NCBI GenBank assembly: GCA_964658305.1
Contig: OZ210884.1
Location: 5,704,001 to 5,768,000, forward strand
Origin: Leptogorgia sarmentosa
Lineage: Eukaryota
Direction: 5' to 3'
Length of the DNA: 64,000 nt
Part shown: in pieces, positions 52,501 to 64,000 of the stretch
Numbering within the stretch: position 1 is the first letter of the stretch
How the letters are laid out: each line of letters opens with the position of its first letter
Translations under genes and position numbers: made by a program
Notes under the pieces: generated by a model
What the model saw: the letters and a program-made list of their open reading frames with translations, nothing else
The model's database searches: none
What the model was told of the DNA's origin: nothing

Positions 52501-52753
52501 ATATCCTTTCCTCAAAATCACAAAGCAACGAATTTCGTTCAGCCGTCGCAGTTCCTACAGCGGAGCGATCTCTGAAAATCCAAACATTTATTTACGCGTG
52601 CGCAGGTTTTCATTGCCTGTATTTGCAAGGGGATTAAATAATTCAATAACGACGAACGGAGTTGGATCAGATTCAGCAAATTCAAATAAAAACAGTTCAG
52701 ATACACATGCAGTGGATGAGCATTTACTACAAGATAGAGTAACTTCGTTGTAA
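28511..52753 (+). CDS. Leucine-rich-repeat GPCR, type B-like (LGR4/5/6, rickets group), about 969 aa, 20 exons
   Basis: join(28511..28722,30844..30915,44970..45038,45198..45269,45547..45609,45775..45837,46263..46334,46742..46816,47306..47380,47459..47530,47945..48022,48189..48254,48414..48485,48697..48762,48951..49016,49537..49605,50041..50112,50582..50653,50934..51150,51467..52753) = 2910 nt. Exon 1 has a signal peptide and Cys-rich LRRNT. Seventeen phase-2 single-LRR exons of 63-78 nt follow. Hinge motifs: YPYHCCAF and CIPKPDPFFPCEDLMG. 7TM motifs: NLAFAD, ERY, FTDFICWAP, NPFLY. LRRs containing PDLTGT and LPSNICEILPNL match type-B LGR repeats. Confidence 0.92.
46988..47162. mobile_element. 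hAT-type MITE in LGR intron 8
   Basis: Terminal inverted repeats CATAAGCGTACGGGC / GCTCGTACGCCTATG and an exact 8-bp TSD ACGATAAA (46980-46987 and 47163-47170). Confidence 0.88.
49212..49358. mobile_element. Tc1/mariner-type MITE in LGR intron 15
   Basis: TA on both flanks and imperfect terminal inverted repeats CAGAGGAAACCCG / CGGGTTCCACTG. Confidence 0.6.
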
Positions 52754-53439
52754 ATGTCTGCTGACTCATCATTCTGAATATATTCAATATTTGATGAGCA
52801 TTTTCACAGGTTTAATTGAAACCGAAAGTGACCAGGCACATTTCCTAATACGGGATTAAAGCATTCACAAAGATGCAACAGTATGAAAAAAGTACTTGCT
52901 TGATCTGATGTTGTGATTCGTCCGCAAAATGGGAGAGACAGATACAAATGGAAGAAAGATGAAATAAAACATTCAAAAGGAAGGAAGATGAATACAACTT
53001 TCATATACTGCATACGAACTTCATATATGAATACGAACTTCATATAGCCTCAATTCAACGTTTGAAATTCTTAACAATCTTAATTTATTTATACAGTATG
53101 TACAGAGTGAAATACAGAATTGTCAAAATGTTTTTATGTCGATAAGTAATGGCATTTGTTATAAAAGAAAACTGTAATTATAATGACAGGCAAAAATATG
53201 CAAAATTATATGACATCTATTGTAATATTAATTTAGAGTAGGATGAATAACGGTCGTCACGGCAAAGAAATGTTTGCTTTAAAAGTACAGCAAACAACAT
53301 CAACCAATTTGTGTTCAGTGCACCGACTCATGGCAAAAAATTGTCAATTGGCAAAATGCTCTGTGCACAAATAAAAAAATCATGCTAACGAGATCGTTAT
53401 ATTACTGGCCCTACTTGGCTAGTTTCCAAACCAAACTAA

Positions 53440-53577
53440 GGCGCTGTTACATGCTTTAATTTCATAATAGCATTGATCGCTACCATGCATCATCTGCAAT
53501 TACTTTTCTGATCAGATTATCAAATCGTTTTTCCCCACATTTTGGTTGCACGAAAAATTATAGCGTGTAACAGCACC
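53440..53577. mobile_element. Harbinger-like MITE downstream of the LGR stop codon
   Basis: Terminal inverted repeats GGCGCTGTTACATGCTTTAATTT / AAATTATAGCGTGTAACAGCACC, flanked by TAA and TCA. Confidence 0.7.
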
Positions 53578-54173
53578 TCAGTGAAATAAAATATTAAGTA
53601 AAGATATTTTGTAAATAGTCTGAACTAAAAAATGTACATTTTCGCTTCGTTTTAGACGTGTCAAGTTGTACTCCTGAATTAGTACTAGTCATCATACTGT
53701 CCATAATTATATATTTAAATTGACATTTGTATAGAATAAAGATTTTATCATATTTTGAAAAAATATATATTGAAATTTACAACCTAATGATTGAGTTCGG
53801 ACAAAGCTTAAAGGGTTGTGGCAGCTGTACCAGAAAGTATCGCTATAATAATGTGTAGCTGGGTTTCTACCACGTGATAACTTAACGCTTGGTGGTCAAC
53901 TCAAAATGGAAACACAGCTCACGAATCTAATGAATTAGTTATTAAAGGTATTGGCAATTTGTGTCGTTGTAAGTATACCGTCAACTTAAGCTTTATATTC
54001 CAGCTCATCTTTCTAGGTTTTTATCATGTTGTGATTAAGTTCCTTCCGTCTTTACTGTAGTGCATTGCACTATGATTCTCATTCAGAATCAATTCGATCC
54101 TCTTGCATCGATAATATTTCTTCCCCCCCCCCCCCCCCATCTTGCATTAGTTAGCCATTTCTCAATCTACCAA

Positions 54174-54287
54174 AGGACTGGGTCTAGTTCGTGTTTAGAG
54201 GTTTGTGAAACTCAACAGTTTCCAGTCAGCCGTATTTGACATATTGTTTATTTTTGTCTCTTCAAACAAGTGACTAGACCCAGTCCT
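54174..54287. mobile_element. Short MITE
   Basis: Perfect 15-bp inverted ends AGGACTGGGTCTAGT / ACTAGACCCAGTCCT. Confidence 0.65.
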
Positions 54288-54979
54288 GTTATCGTTCGGA
54301 AATTGCTTCAATAGCAAAAAGGTTTTCCACGCAGACCACGCCTATATCATTCGAGATCAAGCTAGGATGAAAGTGAATAAACAGAAAATCCGTTTCCTCA
54401 AAAATCATCGCATTTTCCACTAAGGATAATTTGACCACACGAAAACGGGTAACATGTACGATTGTTTGAATTTCTCGATCACAGATTGAAGCATGGTGTA
54501 ACGCTAAGGGCACACTACAACTAATACAACCACGCTGTAACAATTTTATTCATTCATAATATCACAAACGGGCTTTTTGCGATCATATCTGATAAGTTGG
54601 TTATAGTTGATAAACTATAATGATTACAGTAAAAGTACTTTCAAATTAGGACACTGAGATATCTTGATCTTGAGTAATTATTTTGATGAATAAATCCACT
54701 TTGTCATGCATGCCGTCCAGCACCACATGTTGCATTAAAAGTAGACATTCAGTAGAGTTGTATAAGAAAATTCATTGCCGAGTACGAAAATTTGTACCTA
54801 AATTTGTACCATTAATTCAAATATCCTTAACTGCCTATGGAAAACAGTGATATACTTTATAAATGCAAACAGAAAACATACAAAAGATTATCTGTTATCC
54901 GAAATTAGTATTTTAGTAAAATAAAATCATTATTGATTATTCATTTTGATTCTTCTTTGATTCATAGAAGACACGTTTT

Positions 54980-55807
54980 TTAAACACTGAATGTTTCATA
55001 CGACCTGTTACCGCATCCACACCATTCAAATTTCGCGAAAATTTCAGTTAAACTTATGACAATGGCCAATACATTTTTTGTGATAAAGATCGAAGCATCA
55101 TAACCATAGTCGAGCCATACCAGGAATCTGATGATGAGAAATGCCACATTGACAAAAAGTACTTGTACCACGGAGCGAAATATCACTGTTTTTCGTCGAA
55201 TGGCCACTTCATCTGTGAGTGGTTTTACTTTATGTTGAAACAGAGCGAGGGACGACAGAAAGATGGCGATGGAGACAAACCCAAGAATACATTTCTCCAG
55301 TAACTGTGGTAAATCTGATTCTGGTTTTCGAAGCAAAATAATCTCTAGCATTGCAATAGAATCAAAAATGTCAAGCACAATACCAGCCGTAATTCTCTGT
55401 ATGAGTTTCTGGTTTCCGGCGGGTATTATACCATTCAGTAACAATATCAACAACACAGGAGTTATACATAGCACAATTTTCAGTGTATTAGGTCCCCAGA
55501 AATCAGAATGTTGAAGTTTTCCTGTGACTTTAGTGAAGATGATGACGACTGAGGGAACCAAAGCAACGACATAAAAAAACCAAGGTACCCACATCCACCT
55601 GATCGCATTCTTTCTTGCCGCAGAAGTACAGAAACAACGATTAGCGATAAGGAATGCAGGAGATGCGAGAAAAGTGATGATGGTTAAGGCCATGAGACGG
55701 TGTACGTGTTCTGCCATATAGTAAACCAGTACTGATGCTTGAAGAAAGTAGAGAACATTGTAAACGAACATAGATAGGCTTATGAGACATCTTGTGCTAT
55801 CACACAT
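54980..55807 (-). CDS. Multi-pass membrane protein, TMEM121/CECR6-like (275 aa)
   Basis: Single-exon ORF with about 7 hydrophobic segments. Motifs FWGPNTLKIVLCITP and LDIFDSIAMLE resemble the CECR6/TMEM121 family. A splice acceptor near 55880 suggests a 5'UTR intron. Family call is from memory of motifs. Confidence 0.7.
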   Translation of the reverse strand: MCDSTRCLISLSMFVYNVLYFLQASVLVYYMAEHVHRLMALTIITFLASPAFLIANRCFCTSAARKNAIRWMWVPWFFYVVALVPSVVIIFTKVTGKLQHSDFWGPNTLKIVLCITPVLLILLLNGIIPAGNQKLIQRITAGIVLDIFDSIAMLEIILLRKPESDLPQLLEKCILGFVSIAIFLSSLALFQHKVKPLTDEVAIRRKTVIFRSVVQVLFVNVAFLIIRFLVWLDYGYDASIFITKNVLAIVISLTEIFAKFEWCGCGNRSYETFSV

Positions 55808-57098
55808 TTTCGTGCCGCAAGTAGCAGGAATGGCGACAGGTATGAACGCTTGAGTAAACGTGAAAAAATTTTGGTCTTCCTGTTAATTTTCCTCCCATTT
55901 CAATGCAAATACTCATTTCCCTCATAATACATTTTGGAAGCAAAAGGAAATTGTTCATCTTTTAAAGTGCTCGATTCTGACTTTTTTAGACTTTCAAGAG
56001 ATAACTCCAAGTTGTGTGAGACTAAGTTTGGAATGCGTCAATGTCTTCTCATTTCTACTTTCAATTCCTAATTTCATATATAGATGCATGCAGCTAGTTT
56101 GATTTGGAAGAACGACCACTCCTCTCTATCTTCATTTAATTTCGATCTCCAATCTATCCCGCTTCATTAAAATATTGGTAATCATGTACAGGCGTATTGA
56201 GAAAAACGGGGGGGGGGGGGGGGGGCAAAGGGCCATTTTTTATAATGACACAAGTTAGTTGTAATTTGAGATAAAGTACATTAATTTTCTTTATAAAACT
56301 ATGAAACCAGTTAATGATGGAATCTCTATGTCAGGTACTAATTTCTTGATGCTGTACCTAAAGCTAAGCTTGCCTGCGCGTGCATGTATAACATACGTGC
56401 AAAATTTCCAGATTTCACAAATAGATATATGCATGCACACGACCAGATCAAGAAACTTGTTAAAATTGTCCAATAAAAAATAAAAGTATAGCAGAGGAGA
56501 GCACAACCAAGAAGAAGGTCAGGAAATGCAGTTACCTTTCTGTACATGAATTTACATGGATATACCATTGGTTAAATATATCTGCACAGTGCTGTATTAT
56601 CAATCAATAGTACATGCATATCCTACCTCATTAGGCTATAATGCCTTACTTCTTAAGACCTCTTCTGGGACCCAAGATCGGTTAAAATCGCCCAAAACTG
56701 CCACTGTAAATTTGATGCCATTTTCTTAAAGTTTGCCTTCTGTTGCTTTTTACGAGTCGCACCCAAAGTACGGCGACTTTATGTCCAAGAGACAGTCTTT
56801 ACTAGCTGCTACAGATACTAATATACTAATCTATATTTTTTTACTATAATTTTCAGTCTTGCGTATACTAATTATTTTTTCCAATAGTTTGTCAAGTTTG
56901 CATATTTGTACGAAATTTGAACAAAAGAAATTCCTGCTGTAGAGGAATTATTTGACGTCACCCAGTCCTTAATATTAGGTTTTGCAATGCACATTATAAA
57001 TAAAATACAACAAGAATAAGTCAGTATATACTAATAAGCCTTTTTTATACAGTTTAATATTCCTGATGGATAAATTGAAATGTGATCTTCACGCATGT

Positions 57099-57163
57099 GG
57101 GGCGCAAGGGGGTTTGCAAGGGGTGCTAGGGGAGCTAGGGGTGCTAGGGGGTGCTAGAGGAAG
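57099..57163. repeat. G-rich minisatellite right after the TRP stop codon
   Basis: About 6 degenerate copies of GGGG(G)TGCTA / GGGG..GCAA. Confidence 0.75.
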
Positions 57164-60100
57164 CTAAAATGCTACACTTTTAACACTTCTGTTGTCCCAG
57201 TCATCAAGGTACCGCTTTTCACGGAAGCGACTTGCTCTTTTCTGAATCACGTCGTTGTCGCTGTAAGCATCTTCCTGGTTTTCTCTGTAGTACCTATTCT
57301 GTATTCCATCCGACTCCGACGTCTCTGAATCGGCTCCTTGTTGGTTCTGGTATTCAAGAGCTCGTTCGGGTTCTTCGAAATATTCATCGCTGTCGGATTC
57401 TTGTCGGATTTGTTTTGCCGCATCTGTTACATTTATTCCTGGTGGTCGTTGTCTACTGGCACGATGTTTGGGTAAACCGACCCTGCTTTTGTCATCAATC
57501 CGCGCCCGCGGTCTATGTGGAAAGCTAGAAAAAAGAGTGTTACCTCGAGTATGTTTTCTGATTGGAAATCAATAAATGAGTTAAATTATATTAACATAAA
57601 CACATAAACGAAGTTTTGTTGAAACACGGTGCAAGTGCAAGTGTCGAAGGAAAGATCCAATTTATCTATGATTGTCTCGCTTTATGCAATGAACATATTT
57701 CGTGCATGGGAATGAACATGAATATTTATGATCTCACGAATGAATTTGTAAAACCCGCATCAACCTGTCTGGATCTCGTCAACCCAACCAGTCCGCTTAC
57801 ATTAATCTATATCAACCCCGAAATCTGTCTCATATGACATGCTGTATCAACCTGCATGGATTATCAATAAACAAACCTTTCTGGCGAGCGTTCCATTTCA
57901 GTGGTATTTTCCCTCCTATTCCGTCGTCTTTCTCCAATTTGTCGTGTGGATGACTCATTGTTTAAACTTCTTGGTGAATTTCGTCCACTGCTATGATAAT
58001 AAGATTTTTTGGGACGTCTTTGTGGTAAATTGTCACGTGTTGTTGTTGGCATCGATTCTGAACGGCGCACTTGTTCCCGCGGTTTGATTTTGTCTGGATA
58101 ACTTTGATGAGGTGACCGATCACGCTTCACATTTATACCATCACTCGGGATTTCACGTGACAAATGTGATCCTCTTCGCTTCTCGTTGGTAGGTTGTGTA
58201 TCTTTCAATCTTTTTTGGTAAACCTCCGTTCGAAACTGTCTACGTTTGGCTCTGGTGCTGTAAATATCTGTCTCGTCACGTGCTTGCCTGTATGGTGTTA
58301 AAGGTGAATTAGAGCGAACAGTGCTGAGAAATTCATCATCTCGAATTGAATCCCCAAGTTTTCTTCGCTCTGACCGGCCAGAATCAACACGTTCACGTTT
58401 TCTACCGTCTGACTGCCCATGATCGACACTTCCACGAACGTTAGGAGATTCTCTTAGGAGGGAATCTTTTGCTTTTTGCCCGATTGCTGTTTGATCTTTC
58501 TCAAACTGATATCCATCGTTCAGGGCAGCGTTATTCGCTAACCAAAACTGCCGCTCTAGAATGCCATCTCGCATTTGAAGTGCTGCAATTTCATCACTGT
58601 TTTCATAATCCCAACCCTTAATACTTTTCTCGCTTCGTGCACTATTATTCTGGATACTTTGTTCCACTTCGACAATTTGTCCTACTAAAGTATCATCATC
58701 AGAAGAGCTTTGGAGATTCAATTCTGAAATGTCAACCTTCAATGCAGTACTAAGTTTAACCAGCATCTCTTGTATTACATCAACTTTTCGTTGTATTCTT
58801 TTGCAATCACAGGTTTCTCTTTGGGTAACACTTCCTGGAAAAAATGTGCAATAAAGTTTTGAATTCATAATTTGTTGATCATGCAATGTATTAATTTACT
58901 CCACGCGAAATTCACGAAATTTTACATAATATAAAAGAAAACTTCGCTGTTTCCAAAAACACATGAGAAAGAAATAATTGTTTGGACTTTGAATATTGGC
59001 GACACAACAGTTTCGAAACTTATCTGAAAGAGGTCAAAACCCAAGTCAAAATTGCTTTTTTGTTGGTGTTTGCTGAATATTTTGTTGCACTGTATTCCTT
59101 ATATTTATCTTCGTTCTCTTTTGGCCAGACAAATGGAGAAATTCTATTATTCTAACGCATATTAGCAGTCACTTACGCAGATTGTAAAATAATCCGTAAT
59201 AGCCTATGTATACCTTTGTTAATTTTTTCCAAGTGTTCTTTGATATGATCTAAATCCGACTTTTTTCCTTCGCCATAGTGCTTTCCAAATCTCTCGTGAA
59301 TTAGTTGATGGATCTCCTGTACGCTTTCCTGCAACAAATCTGCGGCTTTTTGCTCGTCACGGTCATTATTTGCCGATATATCTCGTTCTAGATCCACCGT
59401 CTCTGGACTACAGAAATTTTTAATGAATTCTGCATAGGCACGTTTTCTCTTTTTTGATAACGATTTCTCCAGGTAAAGGATGGTCTTGGCTCGCTGCATC
59501 ACAGCGTTCGCCACTGCGTTTCCGTAAACTCGAGTGAACGTGTCTGATAATAGAGCAATAAGGATGTTAAGGTTGATTATTGCCATTAAAGCAATGTAGC
59601 TACCACATAATAGTCGAGCCATTGTCGCATCTGCTGCCTGGAGTGCTTCAAAATCATGATCGCTCACTACAATCATTGAGAATAGCGCGTACAACAACGA
59701 AGAAACATCGCTGTAACTTTCAACTGGGTTTCTGGAACCTTCTCCAAATGTTATCCAAAATGCGCACGCGTAAGGAATGGTAATCAGCAAAGTTAGTGTT
59801 GCCCAGTTTATAATATCCTTGCTGATGTGTGCAAAGATTGCTACAAACGGTCCAGCTCCTTCGAATGGTCTTGCATATTGCATTATTCGGAGCCACAACA
59901 CCAGTAGTAACAATGTCATGAAACGTGCATGGACCACTTGAGAGATTTTGCCGTCGATGTTAAAAAAGACCACGTGACTCGCAATAGTTCCTAGAATTAG
60001 CAACAAGGAAAACCAGTCGATGTAAATCCAGGAATCACCGGATGATATCATTGGAGTGTCTCTGATTGCTTTTATTTCAGATTTCAAATACAATTCTTCC

Positions 60101-63100
60101 TGTGGCCAACGTGGGTGGCAGAACTTTAAATCTTCTTCAAGTTCAGATGCTCTCCAGGAAATCCATTTCTTTTGATGTTTTCTAGTCCTAAGAGTTCCTG
60201 AAACGGATGAATTGAAAATTGTCGTTTTTGTATTATCATTGCAAGATGACCTCAGCCAAAGGATTAAAATTGTCGTTTTTTATTCTCATGACTCATTGTT
60301 AGACAACTTAAGCGAAAGAGAAATCAAACTCTTTAGAAGTTTATTGCCCCTTATAATATGTTGAGCATTTCGTGCGAAAATATCTGTGGTTTGATTAATA
60401 AGTTTGCAGACTACCTATGTTAAAAACGCAGACCAGGTGCTTTTCTTATGGTGTTCGTTGATTCTCTTTAAAAACAATATTTAACAATTAGACAACGAGG
60501 TGGAGTTGTCTAATTGTTTTAGTATACACTCTATGCCCAGAATTATTTTTATCATGAAAATTCTTCAGAAACCTCAGTAAAACGCGAGATCTGCAGTAGC
60601 CATATTGTTTTCCTTTGCTTTTTCGCGAACCGTGGTCTATCACGGTTGAGTAGCCAATCAGAATGTAGCATTTGTAATAGACGATGGTTGGGTGTATACT
60701 AAATCTACTTTAGTTACAGCGAGTGTAAATTTTTACGAATATCTCGGTCATTATTACCCCAGTTCGCTATACACTTAACACACATTGAAGTTTGTGCAGG
60801 ATAGCACATACATTTAACATGCAGGTTCGAATAATTTTTATTTCAACAATACCTGTGATTTGCTTGCGTATTTCATTTATTGTCATCAAACACAGGAGTA
60901 CAGAGATAACTAGTCTCCAAGCCTTTCGCGACCACGGTAGGTATAACTCATCTCCTTCAGTTGGTGACGTCACTGCAAGTATTGTCCACATTATGGCATA
61001 CAGCAAATTGAAGCACAAGTTACTAACAGCTCCTGTTCGGCCAAACTGCTGCCACTTCACGTCGATAAATCGTTTCATTACTGGATGGAGAATTATGTCG
61101 AATTCATGATTTTGTACTGCAATCTCTAGAGCGGAGTATGCTGGCGATTTTGGATCCTGCAATCGATTTCCCTCTGAAAATATGAGAAATATAAATGCCA
61201 ATAATGCATTGTGACAATATGTATTAGATGAATGTTCTACACGAATTCAGTTGATTCAAAACATTTAGCGGTCACAGGAGACAGTCAGGACAGACGTACA
61301 TATTAATGACATCACAGGCTGATGGGTGCAGCAAATTCTGTTCCTATTAGGCATAGCAGGAAACGTCTTTTGTTTTTCAAATTTTATGCTGTTACTGCTA
61401 AGACCCAAATTCCCTGCACGCATGCATCACCCTTTGAAACGTTATTATGCATAATATTTATTGAAAAATCTCTGCTTATCTTTTATTAATGTAAATATTC
61501 TGTATATAAATAATATTTTTAGCTTACCAAGATAGTTCAAAAAGAAAAACTCTCTGCGGTTTATCGTACTGACAGAATGAAATTGATCTAGTGCTTCAAT
61601 GGCCACATCAGGGAGTTTCTCAATAAGTAGCGATAAAGCAGAATTCCCGACGTTGTCATGAACTCCAGCTGGCGCGCCATGTTGGACAAGCAGTTTTGCT
61701 GACTTAGCGCGATTCATTTCAGCTGCAACCTGTAATTTTTGAAAAAATAATCTCTAGTAGAAGCCATTCTGAACCATACAATTGGAGAATGAAAAATTAT
61801 GAAATTTTTAAGTGTTTCCGTGTCTGGATTCAAACTGATGAAAGAAACGCCTGTTTCCGCTTTCTATTTCTATTTTGCAAAGACAGGTGTATGGATGGTT
61901 GATCAAAAGAGAGTCTACAGGTGGGTAATCGGTGAGCTGCGCTCATAGTAGTTGAAATTTTTGGTCCCATTTGTGAAATAAAAACGAAACTTTTCTAGCA
62001 AATGTTGTATAAAATCCTGTGTGTTATCAGTTTAAGGTAGTGAACCATTCTCCTTCTAGACATACTCTGATCTTGAATTGGAAAAATTCATTCGCACAGC
62101 TTGAAAGAGCGTCTTAAATTTGGTGAAATTGAGAGTTTGGTTGCGAAATATCGTACAATGTGGAAAATTAATACAAGTTCATTGACTCCGCGTGAAAACG
62201 AACAACATTTTTCATGCATGTTGAGCTTCTTGCTTGAGCCCTGCAATAATTGATCATGTAAAAAATGAATTATTGCATGCCAATATGAATTATAATCCAT
62301 TAAAAGCTATAATTATAGATAACAGCACACGTGGCCAGCGTAGGTAGCACTTCAGGATAACGAACAAGAGCAGGAAGGATAATCTCACTATCTAAATGAT
62401 AAAACAGATTCGACATTTCGACCGTTTTATCGTTTAGGTAGTGAGATTATCCTTCCTGCTCTTGTTCGTTATAATTATAGATCTAGTTCTTCGAACCCTG
62501 TATATATAGACATGACTTTACTAGAGAACGTACGTGTCTCACTCGAATCTACAGGCAATCAATTCACAGGGTCGAAGTCAAACTTGAATATCGGTATAGC
62601 TAAGTAAAGTATTCATTACCTGAAGTGGAGTTCTGTTTTTGCTGTCGCGCGAATCAATATTTGCTCCGTATCCTAGCAACATTTGAAGAGATCTACAGGC
62701 GTCATTCTTTGCTGCATAGTGTATTGGCATTTGTTGTTCGCCAAAAGTGGTGATATCAATATCAGCCTTATGCTTTACAAGAAAACGAACCATGTCTGCG
62801 TAATCTACTGCGGCAGCCACATGGAGTGGAGAACGACCGAATTTATCTTGCTGGTTTATGTCAGCTCCTGGAATATTCAATTTTGCAAAAAGTCACACAA
62901 AGAAAAGAATAGATTTATATTTTAAGTTACTGAGTCTATACTTCCACTTTGAACGGGCGTCGGTAGCACATCATCAGTACAAATGGTCGTGGGTTCAACT
63001 GTGGCTACAGACTTAAACGCTCTACTAAAGTCGTGGGAGTTGTTCTGCGTTTCTCCCACAGGGAAAGTTGAAAGGCGGATTAAGATCCACATAGTTAAGA

Positions 63101-63904
63101 AAATAATAATAAAAGTTGTTCGGTAAAGGTAATGGGTGGGTACGTTCTGTTCCAAATCATTCCCAAACAATTTATGTGCTTACCATTTTCTAGTAAGAAC
63201 AGCGCGACATCCAGATTCCATGACCGTGCGACTTCGTGAAAAATGGTCTGACCATTTTTATCAGTACAATTAACGTCTGCCCCATTATGGATCAAAGATT
63301 GGACGAAGTCAAAATCAAAGATATCATCATTGTTGTTTGAGTTTGCCAGTGATGCCAGATAATGAATCAGGGCGTGGTTACGAACCTTCTGAGCTTCATT
63401 ATTCATGCTATCTTCTAGCGCACTTTCAAGAACAGCATGCATCGGAGCATTTGATCGCTTTACTCCTACCAACGAGGAAAATATCTTGAAAGTGAATTCT
63501 TTATTTTGTGAATTGGTTCATATATTCTCAATAGCTGGACTTCTAGTCATAGTGAAGGTCGTTCGCTCAAAACTTCTAACCTTGTTTTAGCATTATTGGT
63601 AGTGAATAAAACCCTTGCAACGTTTTGGTCACATACCGCATTGTTCATGCAGTCATTTGTCATTATTCTGGACCGAAGTTTACTTTGATGTATAGAAGAA
63701 TGGAGGCGGATATTTAACTGACTGATGCATATTGAAGGCATATAAATACATAGTGATATTTAACAATCATTACTATAATTTCCTGAAATTACCTGGCAGT
63801 TCTTTCATCAACATGCTTTCATAAGGTTTGTGGGTCAAACCAGTGGAGGAACGACGAGTATTGTAACGACTTAATTCTCGTCCTGGCGTTTCTCCGTTAT
63901 CCAT
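57164..63904 (-). CDS. Ankyrin-repeat TRP cation channel, TRPV-like, with long low-complexity C-terminal tail (about 1155 aa)
   Basis: complement(join(57164..57524,57877..58834,59214..60197,60853..61173,61528..61729,62620..62867,63184..63465,63793..63904)) = 3468 nt; the exon 6/7 junction is ambiguous (see findings). Ankyrin repeats: GQTIFHEVA, GRSPLHVAA, QMPIHYAA, RTPLQVAA. Six TM segments, S6 NLNILIALLSDTF, and TRPV-type post-S6 helix QRAKTILYLEKSL. The acceptor at 63924 means an upstream exon lies outside the window. Confidence 0.85.
60478..60703. mobile_element. Hairpin-ended non-autonomous repeat in a TRP intron
   Basis: Terminal hairpin AACAATTAGACAAC..GTTGTCTAATTGTT (60483-60518), inverted pair TTTAGTATACAC / GTGTATACTAAA, and CCAATCAGA near the far end. 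The layout matches the 13381-14121 element. Confidence 0.6.
62357..62472. repeat. Long inverted repeat (49-bp arms, 18-nt loop) in TRP intron 3
   Basis: Arms 62357-62405 and 62424-62472 match at 47 of 49 positions. Confidence 0.9.
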
Positions 63905-64000
63905 TTTTTGGAGCTTTATTGTTCTGTAAGTAATCGATTATAAAGATGGATTCAATTTTTTTTTAAACAATGAATGCTTTGTTGAAATGCCCTTGTATAA

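Noticed and set aside
15837..61850. Other CUGANGA...GAAA hammerhead-like strings (near 15837, 27743, 41470-41492, 61835)
   Set aside because: Stem II, stem III or the NUH cleavage triplet cannot be formed.
51520..63590. Antisense ORFs overlapping LGR, TMEM121-like and TRP exons (51520..51801, 55263..55514, 60792..61109, 63405..63590)
   Set aside because: These are shadow frames of real coding exons with no independent signal.
1..64000. CRISPR arrays, rRNA, intact tRNA genes, autonomous transposases
   Set aside because: None seen. Short direct repeats (for example 12678-12717 and 39767-39807) are two-copy tandem duplications without spacers.

Overview
This is AT-rich, intron-containing animal DNA. 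The gene and repeat content suggests an invertebrate, plausibly a cnidarian, but the taxon is an inference. I built seven protein-coding genes by hand from the ORF track plus GT-AG junction phase checks. (1) A secreted short-chain collagen (-). (2) A 3-exon SLC49A4/DIRC2-like MFS transporter (-). (3) A 7-exon type I membrane protein with signal peptide, one Ig-like domain, a Ser/Thr stalk and a TM helix (-); the ORF track shows only fragments of it. (4) A 2-exon standalone ATP-grasp ligase (+) of bacterial-looking type. (5) A 20-exon type-B-like LRR GPCR (LGR) (+) with 17 single-LRR exons and a 14-kb intron. (6) A single-exon TMEM121/CECR6-like protein (-). (7) An 8-exon ankyrin-repeat TRPV-like channel (-). 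Non-coding DNA holds many MITEs (hAT-type with 8-bp TSDs, PIF/Harbinger-type, Tc1/mariner-type), hairpin-ended repeats, a tRNA-derived fragment, and a Penelope-like remnant carrying a degenerate minimal hammerhead ribozyme. The best leads are the ATP-grasp enzyme, the Ig-mucin receptor, the small Cys-punctuated collagen, the splice ambiguity that controls the TRP channel tail, and the hammerhead. No database searches were run; all family assignments come from motif recognition.
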